Origin: Candidatus Physcocola equi
GTDB taxonomy: Bacteria; Bacteroidota; Bacteroidia; Bacteroidales; Paludibacteraceae
Assembly (NCBI GenBank): GCA_018064855.1
Contig: JAGHUM010000005.1
Span: forward strand, 38,760 to 102,759
Direction of reading: 5' to 3'
Length of the DNA stretch: 64,000 nucleotides
The notes under the pieces are model-generated. The model saw nothing but the letters and a program-made list of their open reading frames with translations, was not told the origin of the DNA and made no database searches. The translations under genes and the position numbers were made by a program. This document shows positions 27,977-37,000 of this stretch, one piece after another; position 1 is the stretch's first letter; every line of letters begins with the position of its first letter.

Positions 27977-28259
27977 AATTCCACAGTTTAAATATCAAGG
28001 ACATATCAAATATTATTTCTCAATTTCTTTCCTGTGAATACTGAAAAGAAACAAAAGAAACGAGGGCATGTAAAAAAGTTCGTTGGCTGTGCTTCCTATT
28101 GACAGAATTTTCAGGGAAACGGTATTTGTCCATGTGAAAATTCTTTTTTGTAAAAAAACTACGCCAAATTGTCATATTTTCCAGGAAAACCAGCAGAGTT
28201 GGTCATCTGAGCTCAGTCACAAAGAATAAAATTCTTGACAACTCGTAGATAATCATTAT

Positions 28260-29855
28260 CTATAACAATACCCTGTCAAGAGTATTCTTTAATTCACTTA
28301 TAAATGCTTTTGAATTGTCTTTTGTGGAAATAAAATAATCACTTGATTTTACAGACTTTACAAAATCATCCGTTGTTTGGGACATAGAGTTCAGTTTAAT
28401 ACCATCTTTTTCCATCAACGTTAGCACTGATGCAACATTGAAAATCAAACGAGTATCATCATGAATGTATGGAGCTACAAGCGTCAGGTATTTATCGCCC
28501 TCTCTACTTTCGTCTATGTGTCTGAAAAGGTTAACAGTCTCGTTATTTACCTGCTGCGTTTTTGCTCGTATCAGCGTAGCTTCGATAAGCCAGTATTTTT
28601 CTCTGTTGTATATTTCTATATCACCAATGTTTCCTGGAGCATGAGAATACGGTATTCCAGCCTCATCACAAATGTAATTCGGTTTATATACGAATTTGTC
28701 TCCATAATAAGAATAGACAAATAACGTCAATAGGAATTCGAACTTCACAGGATCTTGAATAAACCAGAAACAGTCTTTTCCGCGTTTATCTCCAGAAGAA
28801 ACCTTTACAAGAGCCTGTTCAATACCGTCCTTGTCCAGTCCATATGAATTTATTATAATTGGTATCTTCTTATTATACTCTGCAGTAGAATGGTCTTCTT
28901 TCTCGCGGAATGCATACACAAGAGTTTCCATACTCGAATCAAAAGCACCTAGCATTTCGAAATATTCTTCTTCATTCTCTTTAGCGGACTCCGGGATGCT
29001 CTTTCCTATATTTTTTAGTTCTTGATAGAATGGTATGCGTTTTTTATTAGGAGAAAGCAAAAGCATTCCTTTATAGTCAACAGTAATAAACCCTGTTAAT
29101 TGTAATACCCGGAACACCGTGTTTCCATAATCACGGAATGCAGAAGTCATCTTAGACACCTTTGCGTGTTTATCATCTACTTCATTGTAAAGGCTATAAA
29201 CCAAATCATAAGCGGCTTCTTGATCAGCACCAATTTTGTTTGTTTCCAAGAGATTGAGATATTTTTCAACATTACCATCATCAGAAAACAAACCAACCAT
29301 AAACTGATTATAGGAGAGACGATGTCCTTTCTTATCACGTTCAATGATTGCATCTATTATGAAGGTAAAAAAATTGAAGTCGTTTAGAACTCGTCTATAG
29401 GGAGACTTCCTCCAAAAACGAACACTCTGTATTGCAAAAGCTTCCGAAAGTGTTATCTTATCATTCACCAAAGCTTTTGCTAAAGGAGAAAGTCGTAACT
29501 TTTGATTATACTGAGAATAAATAAACCCAAACTCTGATAAGGTTTTTAAGTAGCGCGTAAAAGCTGCTTGATATCCTGTAGGAAATCCCCACTCGTTGTT
29601 ATGAGAATTGTTTACAACAATCCAGTTTTTTATATATGACAATGTTAAATTCTCTTCTTTTATTTTATCGGTCGTCACTACTCCATCTATATATAACTGG
29701 GCGTAAATGTTCAAAATTCCATCATCATTAAGCATTTCGCCTTCAAACTTCGCAAATGTATTTAGAATTGCCTCGTATCTCTCTGGATTGCGAACAGCTA
29801 CTTCAAGAGCCATTTGCTTATACAATCTCTTACCATGTTTTACATTGTTTGCCAT
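28260..29855 (-). CDS. AlwI/MlyI/PleI/BstNBI-family (PF09491-like) type IIS restriction or nicking endonuclease
   Basis: 531 aa. The N-terminal AVRNPERYEAILNTFAKFEG...FGFIY...LRLSPLAKAL and the catalytic block YSHAPGNIGDIEIY..YWLIEATLIRAKTQQ parallel my recollection of N.BstNBI (SPRSPEKI..LANFEG and HAAGNQPDMEIIYEDFIVLGEVTTSKGATQ). It starts 11 nt after the M2 stop. Confidence 0.7.
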   Translation of the reverse strand: MANNVKHGKRLYKQMALEVAVRNPERYEAILNTFAKFEGEMLNDDGILNIYAQLYIDGVVTTDKIKEENLTLSYIKNWIVVNNSHNNEWGFPTGYQAAFTRYLKTLSEFGFIYSQYNQKLRLSPLAKALVNDKITLSEAFAIQSVRFWRKSPYRRVLNDFNFFTFIIDAIIERDKKGHRLSYNQFMVGLFSDDGNVEKYLNLLETNKIGADQEAAYDLVYSLYNEVDDKHAKVSKMTSAFRDYGNTVFRVLQLTGFITVDYKGMLLLSPNKKRIPFYQELKNIGKSIPESAKENEEEYFEMLGAFDSSMETLVYAFREKEDHSTAEYNKKIPIIINSYGLDKDGIEQALVKVSSGDKRGKDCFWFIQDPVKFEFLLTLFVYSYYGDKFVYKPNYICDEAGIPYSHAPGNIGDIEIYNREKYWLIEATLIRAKTQQVNNETVNLFRHIDESREGDKYLTLVAPYIHDDTRLIFNVASVLTLMEKDGIKLNSMSQTTDDFVKSVKSSDYFISTKDNSKAFISELKNTLDRVLL

Positions 29856-29866
29856 AGTTTCTCTAT

Positions 29867-30772
29867 TTAAAAATTTGTTACAAGAACCTCGTTGAACTTT
29901 TTAACTGTGTTGTCATTAAAACTTATATAGTTGCTCTTGATAGCATAACTATTGTAACGTGTCGACCAATCAAGGAAAGCATCATTAACTTTTCCCTTGT
30001 AATGTGTAACATTGGAAATTGCAAAACGCACATTTCTTCCGTTCAGTTCATCAAGCAAGTAAAGAAGATCCATTTCTGTTTCATAATTCCACAATTTGTT
30101 ATATTCGCTGAAAGTAATCAAATATGGAGGATCAAGGTAAACCAAATCATCTTCTTGATAGTCAATTGTAGAAAGGAATGAACGGAAATCTTGATTGAAC
30201 CATTCTACATGTTTGTATTGCAGCAAGGAGAGATAGTCATCCAACGCTTCGTAAGTATTTTTGTTAAAATCAACATCTCCTACAGGTAAATTGAAAAATC
30301 CATTTCGATTGAATCGTAACATTCGATTAAACCCATAAATCAACAAGACATACAACTTCATTATGTTCTGTCTTCCTCCTGCATTGAAGTCTGCCTTTAA
30401 CCGTGCGTAAGCCTCCTTGTTAAACTTCGCAAAGTATGTCTTTGGGAATGCTTTTTTCAATTCTTCAGGTACTGTATTCTCTCTATACGAATGCGACAAT
30501 CCATACTCATCAACTATTTCAACAAAGTCCTGATAGAATTCATCTATACGACCTAAATAGGAACAAAGCATACGATGGATGGCAATGACGTATGAGTCGA
30601 TGTCATTGAGCAGATAACCCTCAGCATCAACATTCATCATCACACTTCCACCTCCGACAAAAGGTTCTATGAATCTGTTTATCCGTTTTGGGAAGTGTGT
30701 TTTTATCTCACGCACAAGCTTATATTTGTCTCCCACGTAGAAGAGCGGCGAACGAGCGATTCCGTTTTTCAT
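29867..30772 (-). CDS. Dam/D12-class N6-adenine DNA methyltransferase (M2)
   Basis: Motif I EPFVGGGSV, RFNRNGFFNLPVG and motif IV YLDPPY. I prefer the ATG at 30772, which is preceded by GGAGG. The track uses the TTG at 30778. Confidence 0.85.
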   Translation of the reverse strand: MKNGIARSPLFYVGDKYKLVREIKTHFPKRINRFIEPFVGGGSVMMNVDAEGYLLNDIDSYVIAIHRMLCSYLGRIDEFYQDFVEIVDEYGLSHSYRENTVPEELKKAFPKTYFAKFNKEAYARLKADFNAGGRQNIMKLYVLLIYGFNRMLRFNRNGFFNLPVGDVDFNKNTYEALDDYLSLLQYKHVEWFNQDFRSFLSTIDYQEDDLVYLDPPYLITFSEYNKLWNYETEMDLLYLLDELNGRNVRFAISNVTHYKGKVNDAFLDWSTRYNSYAIKSNYISFNDNTVKKFNEVLVTNF

Positions 30773-31808
30773 TGTCAACCTCCGTTATGAATAAATACTC
30801 CTTATGATCATCAAAATCAGTTTTACCGGCATTGAAGGCCTGATGCTTATGTGTAAAAACCTTAGTTGTTCCACAGTTATTTAGAACTTCCTCGATTTGT
30901 TCCAGTTTGATTTTGTTCTCTGATGATGAGCTCTTCGACTTATAGGTATTATTGTATGACACCACAATGAACTTGGTATCTATGTGAGCAATAAGGTCTG
31001 TGAATGCTTCAAGAGCTGCAGTTCTGCAATAATCACTATTGTTCTCAGTAAATTTCGGTTTAGCAGCATCAGAATACAACGTTGGTTTATCCCATTTCAC
31101 TAAGACTTCATATACATGATAGAAACGACTGTACTGACGTGAGTTGTAGGGTGGATCCATATAAACAATATCAGTGTGGATCTCTCTTGCAAGTTTATTC
31201 GCATCTTTTTGGAAGATGTCAACATTTGCACACTGACGCACATCAACAAGCTTAATAAGCAAATTCTGCGGTACAATCTTCACCTTTCTGTAAGCTTCAA
31301 AATGACCAAGAGTGTTAGCTATTCTGTCAATACTATATATGAGGGAGGCAATCAAGACACAATACTCTTTTTCTGAAAGAATCGTTTTTCTTTCTTCTAT
31401 AAGGTCACGAACATACCCTATCTTTCTAGCAGAAAGATAGTCGAAGTATTTATCGCCGTAATTGATAGAGAAATAGTTATCAGGAATTTGTGTTGCATCT
31501 ATCGCATTAAATTCATTGAGCATTTGTAAAATCTTCTCCTCATTCCATTCTCCAACACCAAAAAAAGCATGATATAAGACATGATTGGAATAAAGAAAGT
31601 CATTGATTGTTACATGATCAAACAAACAAATGGCACGATTTGATACAGAGCCTGTGCCCGCAAAAATATCACAGAAAGAGTTAGCATCGTGAGTCTCCTG
31701 CTGTATTAGTCCAAAAATCCAATCAATAAGCTTAGCCTTGCACCCAATGTACCTACGGCTTTCAAGATTGAATCGTGGTGTATATTTAGTTATGATTTTT
31801 TTACACAT
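30720..31808 (-). CDS. D12-class N6-adenine DNA methyltransferase, FokI-methylase-half-like (M1)
   Basis: RRYIGCKAKL, motif I DIFAGTGSVS and motif IV YMDPPYNSRQY (M.FokI has YIDPPYNSRQY as I recall). I prefer the ATG at 31808. The track ORF starts at the GTG at 31853. Confidence 0.8.
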   Translation of the reverse strand: MCKKIITKYTPRFNLESRRYIGCKAKLIDWIFGLIQQETHDANSFCDIFAGTGSVSNRAICLFDHVTINDFLYSNHVLYHAFFGVGEWNEEKILQMLNEFNAIDATQIPDNYFSINYGDKYFDYLSARKIGYVRDLIEERKTILSEKEYCVLIASLIYSIDRIANTLGHFEAYRKVKIVPQNLLIKLVDVRQCANVDIFQKDANKLAREIHTDIVYMDPPYNSRQYSRFYHVYEVLVKWDKPTLYSDAAKPKFTENNSDYCRTAALEAFTDLIAHIDTKFIVVSYNNTYKSKSSSSENKIKLEQIEEVLNNCGTTKVFTHKHQAFNAGKTDFDDHKEYLFITEVDNEKRNRSFAALLRGRQI

Positions 31809-31890
31809 CTTCGTGATAAATCGTTGCAATACTATGTTGCATCGAGCTACCACTCACGAAACCACACAAGAAAGGCATGAACCTTCTTAT

Positions 31891-32078
31891 GCGTTCTCCG
31901 AGGCTGCGTAGGAAAAGGAACCTCATCGCTCCAATAAGAAATGTCCATGCCCAAGGCACAGACATTGACTTACATATAATGGAGCGATGAGGCACACTTC
32001 TTCCTAAGAAGCTGCCTAACCACTATTTTTGTGTTCTTATTCCTTCTGATTAGTTTCCTACGCTATTCAGGAGAACGC
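31891..32078. repeat. Nested inverted repeats (25-nt imperfect outer arms, 13-bp perfect inner arms) upstream of the R-M operon
   Basis: The outer arms are 31891-31915 gcgttctccgaggctgcgtaggaaa and 32054-32078 tttcctacgctattcaggagaacgc (19/25 complementary). The inner arms are 31921-31933 cctcatcgctcca and 31980-31992 tggagcgatgagg. A TATTTTTG box lies at 32024-32031 on the + strand. Confidence 0.85.
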
Positions 32079-32403
32079 AAATAATAGTCAATGCATTTTA
32101 TGTTAATATGTTATATAATTCTGTTTTTCTGATTTGTTGTATAGTGTTTAATTCTATATTCTAACCGAAATATTTACAAAGGAAACCCTCTGGCGTCATA
32201 ATGACTTACGAGGGCAGTTGCAAATTTCCAGCAAATAAACCGGAATATCGACAAAAATACAAATAAATAGACAAAAGTTTAAAGAATGTACGTGTTTTTT
32301 ATTAACACCATTAATTAAATGTTGTCTTTATATAGACAAAGAACATTGAAAGAGCCAACTTGTATATAATTCACTAAAATTTTACAACTTCCCTAAAAAT
32401 CCT

Positions 32404-32411
32404 TAACTTTG
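32404..32411 (+). promoter_or_regulatory. -7 box TAACTTTG for the AAA-ATPase-like gene
   Basis: Exact TAnnTTTG match, 22 nt before the ATG at 32434. Confidence 0.45.
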
Positions 32412-32433
32412 TATTGAATAATAAGTTGAAAAA

Positions 32434-34008
32434 ATGGGCATATACCTCAATCCGAATGCGGAAGCATTCAAACGCAGTTTAAGAACACCATTGTATGTGG
32501 ACAAAAGCATGATGTTGACCGAGCTGAACAAGTTGCTCGACACAGACAACAACTATGTCTGCATGTCTCGCGCCCGACGTTTTGGAAAGAGCATGGCCGG
32601 CAACATGATATCCGCTTATTATTCCAAAGGATGTGACACAAAGGATATCTTCTCGAAGATGAAGATAGGCAGCGTGGCCGATTATGAGGACAACCTGAAC
32701 AAGTTCAACGTGATAAAGTTGGACATGAATGGATGGTATAACAACACCCCTGACAAGAAATTGTTGTTTGACGATCTCAACGAGTCGTTGAGAGAAGAAT
32801 TTGAAGAACAATTCCCTAATGTGAAGTTCAAGCCAACAGACAATTTGGCAAGATGTATTTTGAGGGTATATGGTCAAACGAACGAGAAATTCGTCATCAT
32901 CATTGACGAATATGACGTGCTGGTGCGAGAGAGAGTGCCAGAACCGTTATACCAAAACTATCTGGCATTTTTGAATGGACTTTTCAAGAATGCAGACCTT
33001 CGTCCAGCCATCGTTCTGGCATATATTACAGGCATTTTGCCTATCGTGAGAGACAAGATACAATCGAAACTCAATGAGTTTCAAGAATACACTATGCTGA
33101 TGCCACGTCAGTTCGCGGATGCGATTGGTTTCACACACGAAGAAGTGGAAGCCCTCTGCAACGAACATGGCATTGACAAGGATGAGTGCGCTCGCTGGTA
33201 TGACGGCTATAAGATGTCGGACACCGTAGGAATCTTCAATCCGCTGTCGGTGGTGAATGCCATCACGACAAAGGAATTTGCCAGTTATTGGTCGGCAACC
33301 AGCACATTTGAAGTGCTGAAAGACTATATAGAATACGATTTTGAAGGCATACGAAAGGACATTACAGACATGATTTCCGGCAAAGCGGTTCCTGTTGAGG
33401 TGCTGGAATTCCGCAACACCATGGACAATATCAACACCAAGGACAATGTCTTCACCTATCTGATTCATTTGGGCTACTTGTCTTACGACCGCAAGAACAA
33501 AACCTGCAGAATCCCCAATGAAGAAGTGCGAATGGAATGGGTGTCCGCCATCAGACACGATGCCAACTACAGCAAATTGATGACAATCATCAACGCATCC
33601 AAGCAACTTCTCGACGACACCATCAACAAAAATGAAAGCGCAGTTGCACAGGCTCTCAATGCAGCCCACACAGAAGTGACCAGTCCACTTACTTACAACG
33701 ATGAGCACTGCTTCCAGAGCGCCATTTGTCTGGCTTATTTCTACGCCAACACTCGCTATACTTTAATAAAAGAATTACCAACCGGCAAAGGATATGCCGA
33801 CTTGGTGTTGATTCCATACTTGCCAAACATACCAGCATTGGTTATCGAACTGAAACATAACAAATCCGCAGAAAGCGCCATAAAGCAAATCAAGGAGAAA
33901 AACTACTGCCAGGCACTCAATCAATATAAAGGAGATGTACTTTTCGTCGGAATCAACTACGACGAGAAAACCAAAAAACACGAATGCAAGATTGAGAAAC
34001 TGGAGTAA
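32434..34008 (+). CDS. AAA-ATPase_like (PF09820) + PDDEXK_9 (DUF1703) protein
   Basis: 524 aa. It starts MGIYLNPNAEAFKRSLRTPLYVDKSMML...VCMSRARRFGKSM, typical of this Bacteroidales family. The C-terminal block is GKGYADLVLIP...LVIELKHNKSAESAIKQIKEKNY. Confidence 0.8.
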   Translation: MGIYLNPNAEAFKRSLRTPLYVDKSMMLTELNKLLDTDNNYVCMSRARRFGKSMAGNMISAYYSKGCDTKDIFSKMKIGSVADYEDNLNKFNVIKLDMNGWYNNTPDKKLLFDDLNESLREEFEEQFPNVKFKPTDNLARCILRVYGQTNEKFVIIIDEYDVLVRERVPEPLYQNYLAFLNGLFKNADLRPAIVLAYITGILPIVRDKIQSKLNEFQEYTMLMPRQFADAIGFTHEEVEALCNEHGIDKDECARWYDGYKMSDTVGIFNPLSVVNAITTKEFASYWSATSTFEVLKDYIEYDFEGIRKDITDMISGKAVPVEVLEFRNTMDNINTKDNVFTYLIHLGYLSYDRKNKTCRIPNEEVRMEWVSAIRHDANYSKLMTIINASKQLLDDTINKNESAVAQALNAAHTEVTSPLTYNDEHCFQSAICLAYFYANTRYTLIKELPTGKGYADLVLIPYLPNIPALVIELKHNKSAESAIKQIKEKNYCQALNQYKGDVLFVGINYDEKTKKHECKIEKLE

Positions 34009-34048
34009 GAATCTGTTAAAATTCAGAACAATTTCTAAATGTCCCTTC

Positions 34049-37000
34049 TTATTTACTCTTTTTCATATAATTGGAAGGTTTCACGCCAAATTTCGCAACA
34101 AAACATTGAGAGAAATACTTGGCATCGTTGAATCCACAGGCAAACGCAGTATCCGTCACATTCATACCACCAGAAGTGAGCAACTGCGAAGCATAAACCA
34201 ATCTGTATTGTTTCACAAAATCGCTTGGAGTCGTTCCCATGAAAGATTTGAATTTACGGAACAACTGCACACGACTTATCGCCAATTCTGAAGCGAATTC
34301 ATCAGAGTTGAAATCTGAATCCGCCACATGTTTTTTCACAATCTCGGTTGCCTTGGCCATAAATGAATCCTTTTCACTGTCTGGGAGTTCCTCTTGCGTC
34401 ATAGACAAAATCTGATTGCGATAATGATGCAACTGTCGTTCCTTGTTTTTCAGTACGGAATGCACTTTTGCCAGAACAATGTCGCGATGGAACGGTTTGA
34501 TCATGTAATCGTCCGCACCAAGATTCAAGCTTTCAATTTGAGACACTTCCGAATCTGAGGCAGTCAACATCAGCACAGGGATATGCTGCGTGAGAATATC
34601 TGTTTTTATGGCTTCACAGAGTTGTTTACCATTCATATTCGGCATCATCAAATCGGTGATAATCAAATCCGGAATAACCTGTCGGGCCATGTTCAATCCT
34701 TGTTCGCCATCGTTGGCTGCAACAACCACATAATCAGACTGGAAAACAAATGAGAGATATGACAGCAACTCAGCATCGTCGTCAACAATAAGAATCGTCT
34801 TTTTTTCATCTTCGTTGACAAAAGAAGCATCTTCATCCAGCTTGTAATCAGTGTCAGTTCTCTCCGTTTCATGGTTCACATCATCAGAAGAGAAAATCAG
34901 AGAACTCTCCGCATTCTGTCGCGGCACATTACCAGCAGGCAGCCAGAGCGAGAAGGTGCTACCCTTTCCCTGTTCACTGACAACAGAAATCTCCCCACCG
35001 CAACGTTTCGCAAAATCCATACAGATGGAAAGTCCGAGTCCCGAACCAATCTCCCCACTTGTACCTTGAGCAGACTTTTTGAAAGCAGAGTTTTGCATGA
35101 TTGCATCGACCGTTTCAGAAGACATACCAATACCATAATCGGTGACCGAAAGCATCACACCGCCATTGAAATCTTTGGCATTCAAGTCTATTCTTCCCTT
35201 TGGATAAGAGAACTTAATCGCATTGGCAATAAGGTTTCTTACGATGGTTGCCAACATACGTTCATCAGCATAACCGGAAACGGTGGATTTATCTTCAAAG
35301 GAAATGACCAGCGACTTTCTGCGAGCAACATCCTGGAGTAAAGAGATGCAACCTTTGACCGGAACAAAAAAGAAGACATCGGTTGGCGAACAAGCGATGG
35401 ATGAGGACTGCAAACGCGACCAATGGAGCAAATTCTCCATCTGCGACTGCAGATTGGAAGCCGCGTTTGAAGCGGTTCGGAGTTGTTCCATCACATTGGT
35501 AGAATCTTTCAACTCCGGCGAAGAAGAAAGGCAATCCAACATGCCTGAGATAACCGTCATAGGATTGCGCAAATCGTGAGCTATGACAGAGATGATTTTA
35601 TCTTTCGTGGAAAGAGCGGCATCAAGTTCTTCATTTTTCTGTGCTATCTGCGCATTATGCCTCATTATCGCATCATTGCTTTCAGCCAACTCGCGGGTGC
35701 GTTTTTCCACCTCAACAGCCAGTTGTTTCTTCTGCTCGTTCAAAAAACGAATACGGAAATAGAAGATGGAAGAAACGACAATCGCACCAAACAAGACAAG
35801 CGACAAGATAAACCACCAAGATTTCCACCAAGGCGGCGTGATTACAATGGACAGAGGATGAGAAAGATGGCCGACACATATTTTTCCGGCATGCACCTTC
35901 ACGTCCAATTCATAGGAGCCAGAAGACAAACCGGAGAAAGACACAGATGGAATATCGGCACGCACCCACTGATCGGACAGACCAGAAAGACGATAATAAT
36001 AAGTGAGTTGGTCGGCAGCCGCATAATTCGGGCACCCGAATCCGAATCCAAAGAAAGAGTGACTTGGATTGAGGGTAATTTGCTGTGCAAATGAAATATC
36101 CTCATCAAGTACATCCGAAGATTCCGGAGACTGAGGTTTGCCGAACAAAGAGAAAGACGTGAGAATAACCTGGCTTTTCACAGGATCTGAAACCAAGTTT
36201 GTTTGCACGGTGAAGAAACCAGATGTGGTACCAAACCATAACTTACCATTGTCTTCCAATAACACCGCTCTATCGTGGAACACATCCGCACCCAGAAATT
36301 TAGAGACATTAAAATCGCGAACCACTTTCTTTTCTGTGTCGATACTGAAAATATGATCGGAATTACAAACCCAAATCTTGTTGTTTTTATCAACTGTGAA
36401 TGAGCGAAGACCTCTCGGCAAATCAAAATATTTAGACCAGAAGTAAATAACAGCAGTAGCAGGATTGACAGAGCACAAACCGTCATTTTTTGAGAGGAAC
36501 CAGATTGTGCCATCGTCCCCCTCTTGCAACATGATAATATCATTATTGTTTCCCTCCGCAGGCAAATAATTGATATAATCTTTTCCATTCCAGCAACACA
36601 ACCCATAACTTGTGCAAGCCCATATTCTATTTTTTGAGTCACGATGCAAGAAACGAGGATAATGAGGCATATCGCGACAGAAGACCGGACTTGAGGAGTT
36701 TTCAAAAGACCTGAACTGACCATCATTACCCAAGAAAGCCAAACCATATCCGTCTGCTGCAACCCATAGGCCGGAATCGACCTTCAACACATCTTGAATC
36801 TTCGAATATTTGAAAGGGATCTTTTCGTAGTCGGGACTTACGCCCTTTTTGGAGCATCCCACCCCTTTTCCCCAAGCCACGGCAAAAATGGAATTATCAA
36901 AATTCCTCAAAGCCGAGATATGAGTCGATGCGGCAGGAAAAAGAGTTGAAAACGCAGATGGAATTAAGCCTCCCTGCTCAGTATAAGAAAAAACCCCGGC

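Noticed and set aside
28020-28175. 51-aa - strand ORF (MTIWRSFFTKKNFHMDKYRF...) in the gap between R and the third methylase, considered as a possible controller (C) protein or small subunit
   Set aside because: It has no HTH-like pattern, the composition looks random and basic, and it is too short to judge. I keep it only as something RNA-seq or Ribo-seq could revisit.
29867-31853. M1 and M2 as two halves of a frameshifted FokI-like fused methylase
   Set aside because: In the M2 frame a TAA stop lies 4 codons upstream of its ATG, and M2 has its own SD-like GGAGG. Both ORFs contain a complete motif I plus motif IV set, so they are two genes.
31801-31995. 64-aa - strand ORF overlapping the M1 start and the inner inverted repeat
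   Set aside because: It has a GTG start inside the palindrome, overlaps M1 out of frame, and has no motifs. It is most likely a by-product of the repeat sequence.
32947-33708. 253-aa - strand ORF inside the AAA-ATPase_like gene
   Set aside because: It is antisense to a gene with clear family signatures. Its composition is atypical and it has no promoter or terminator.
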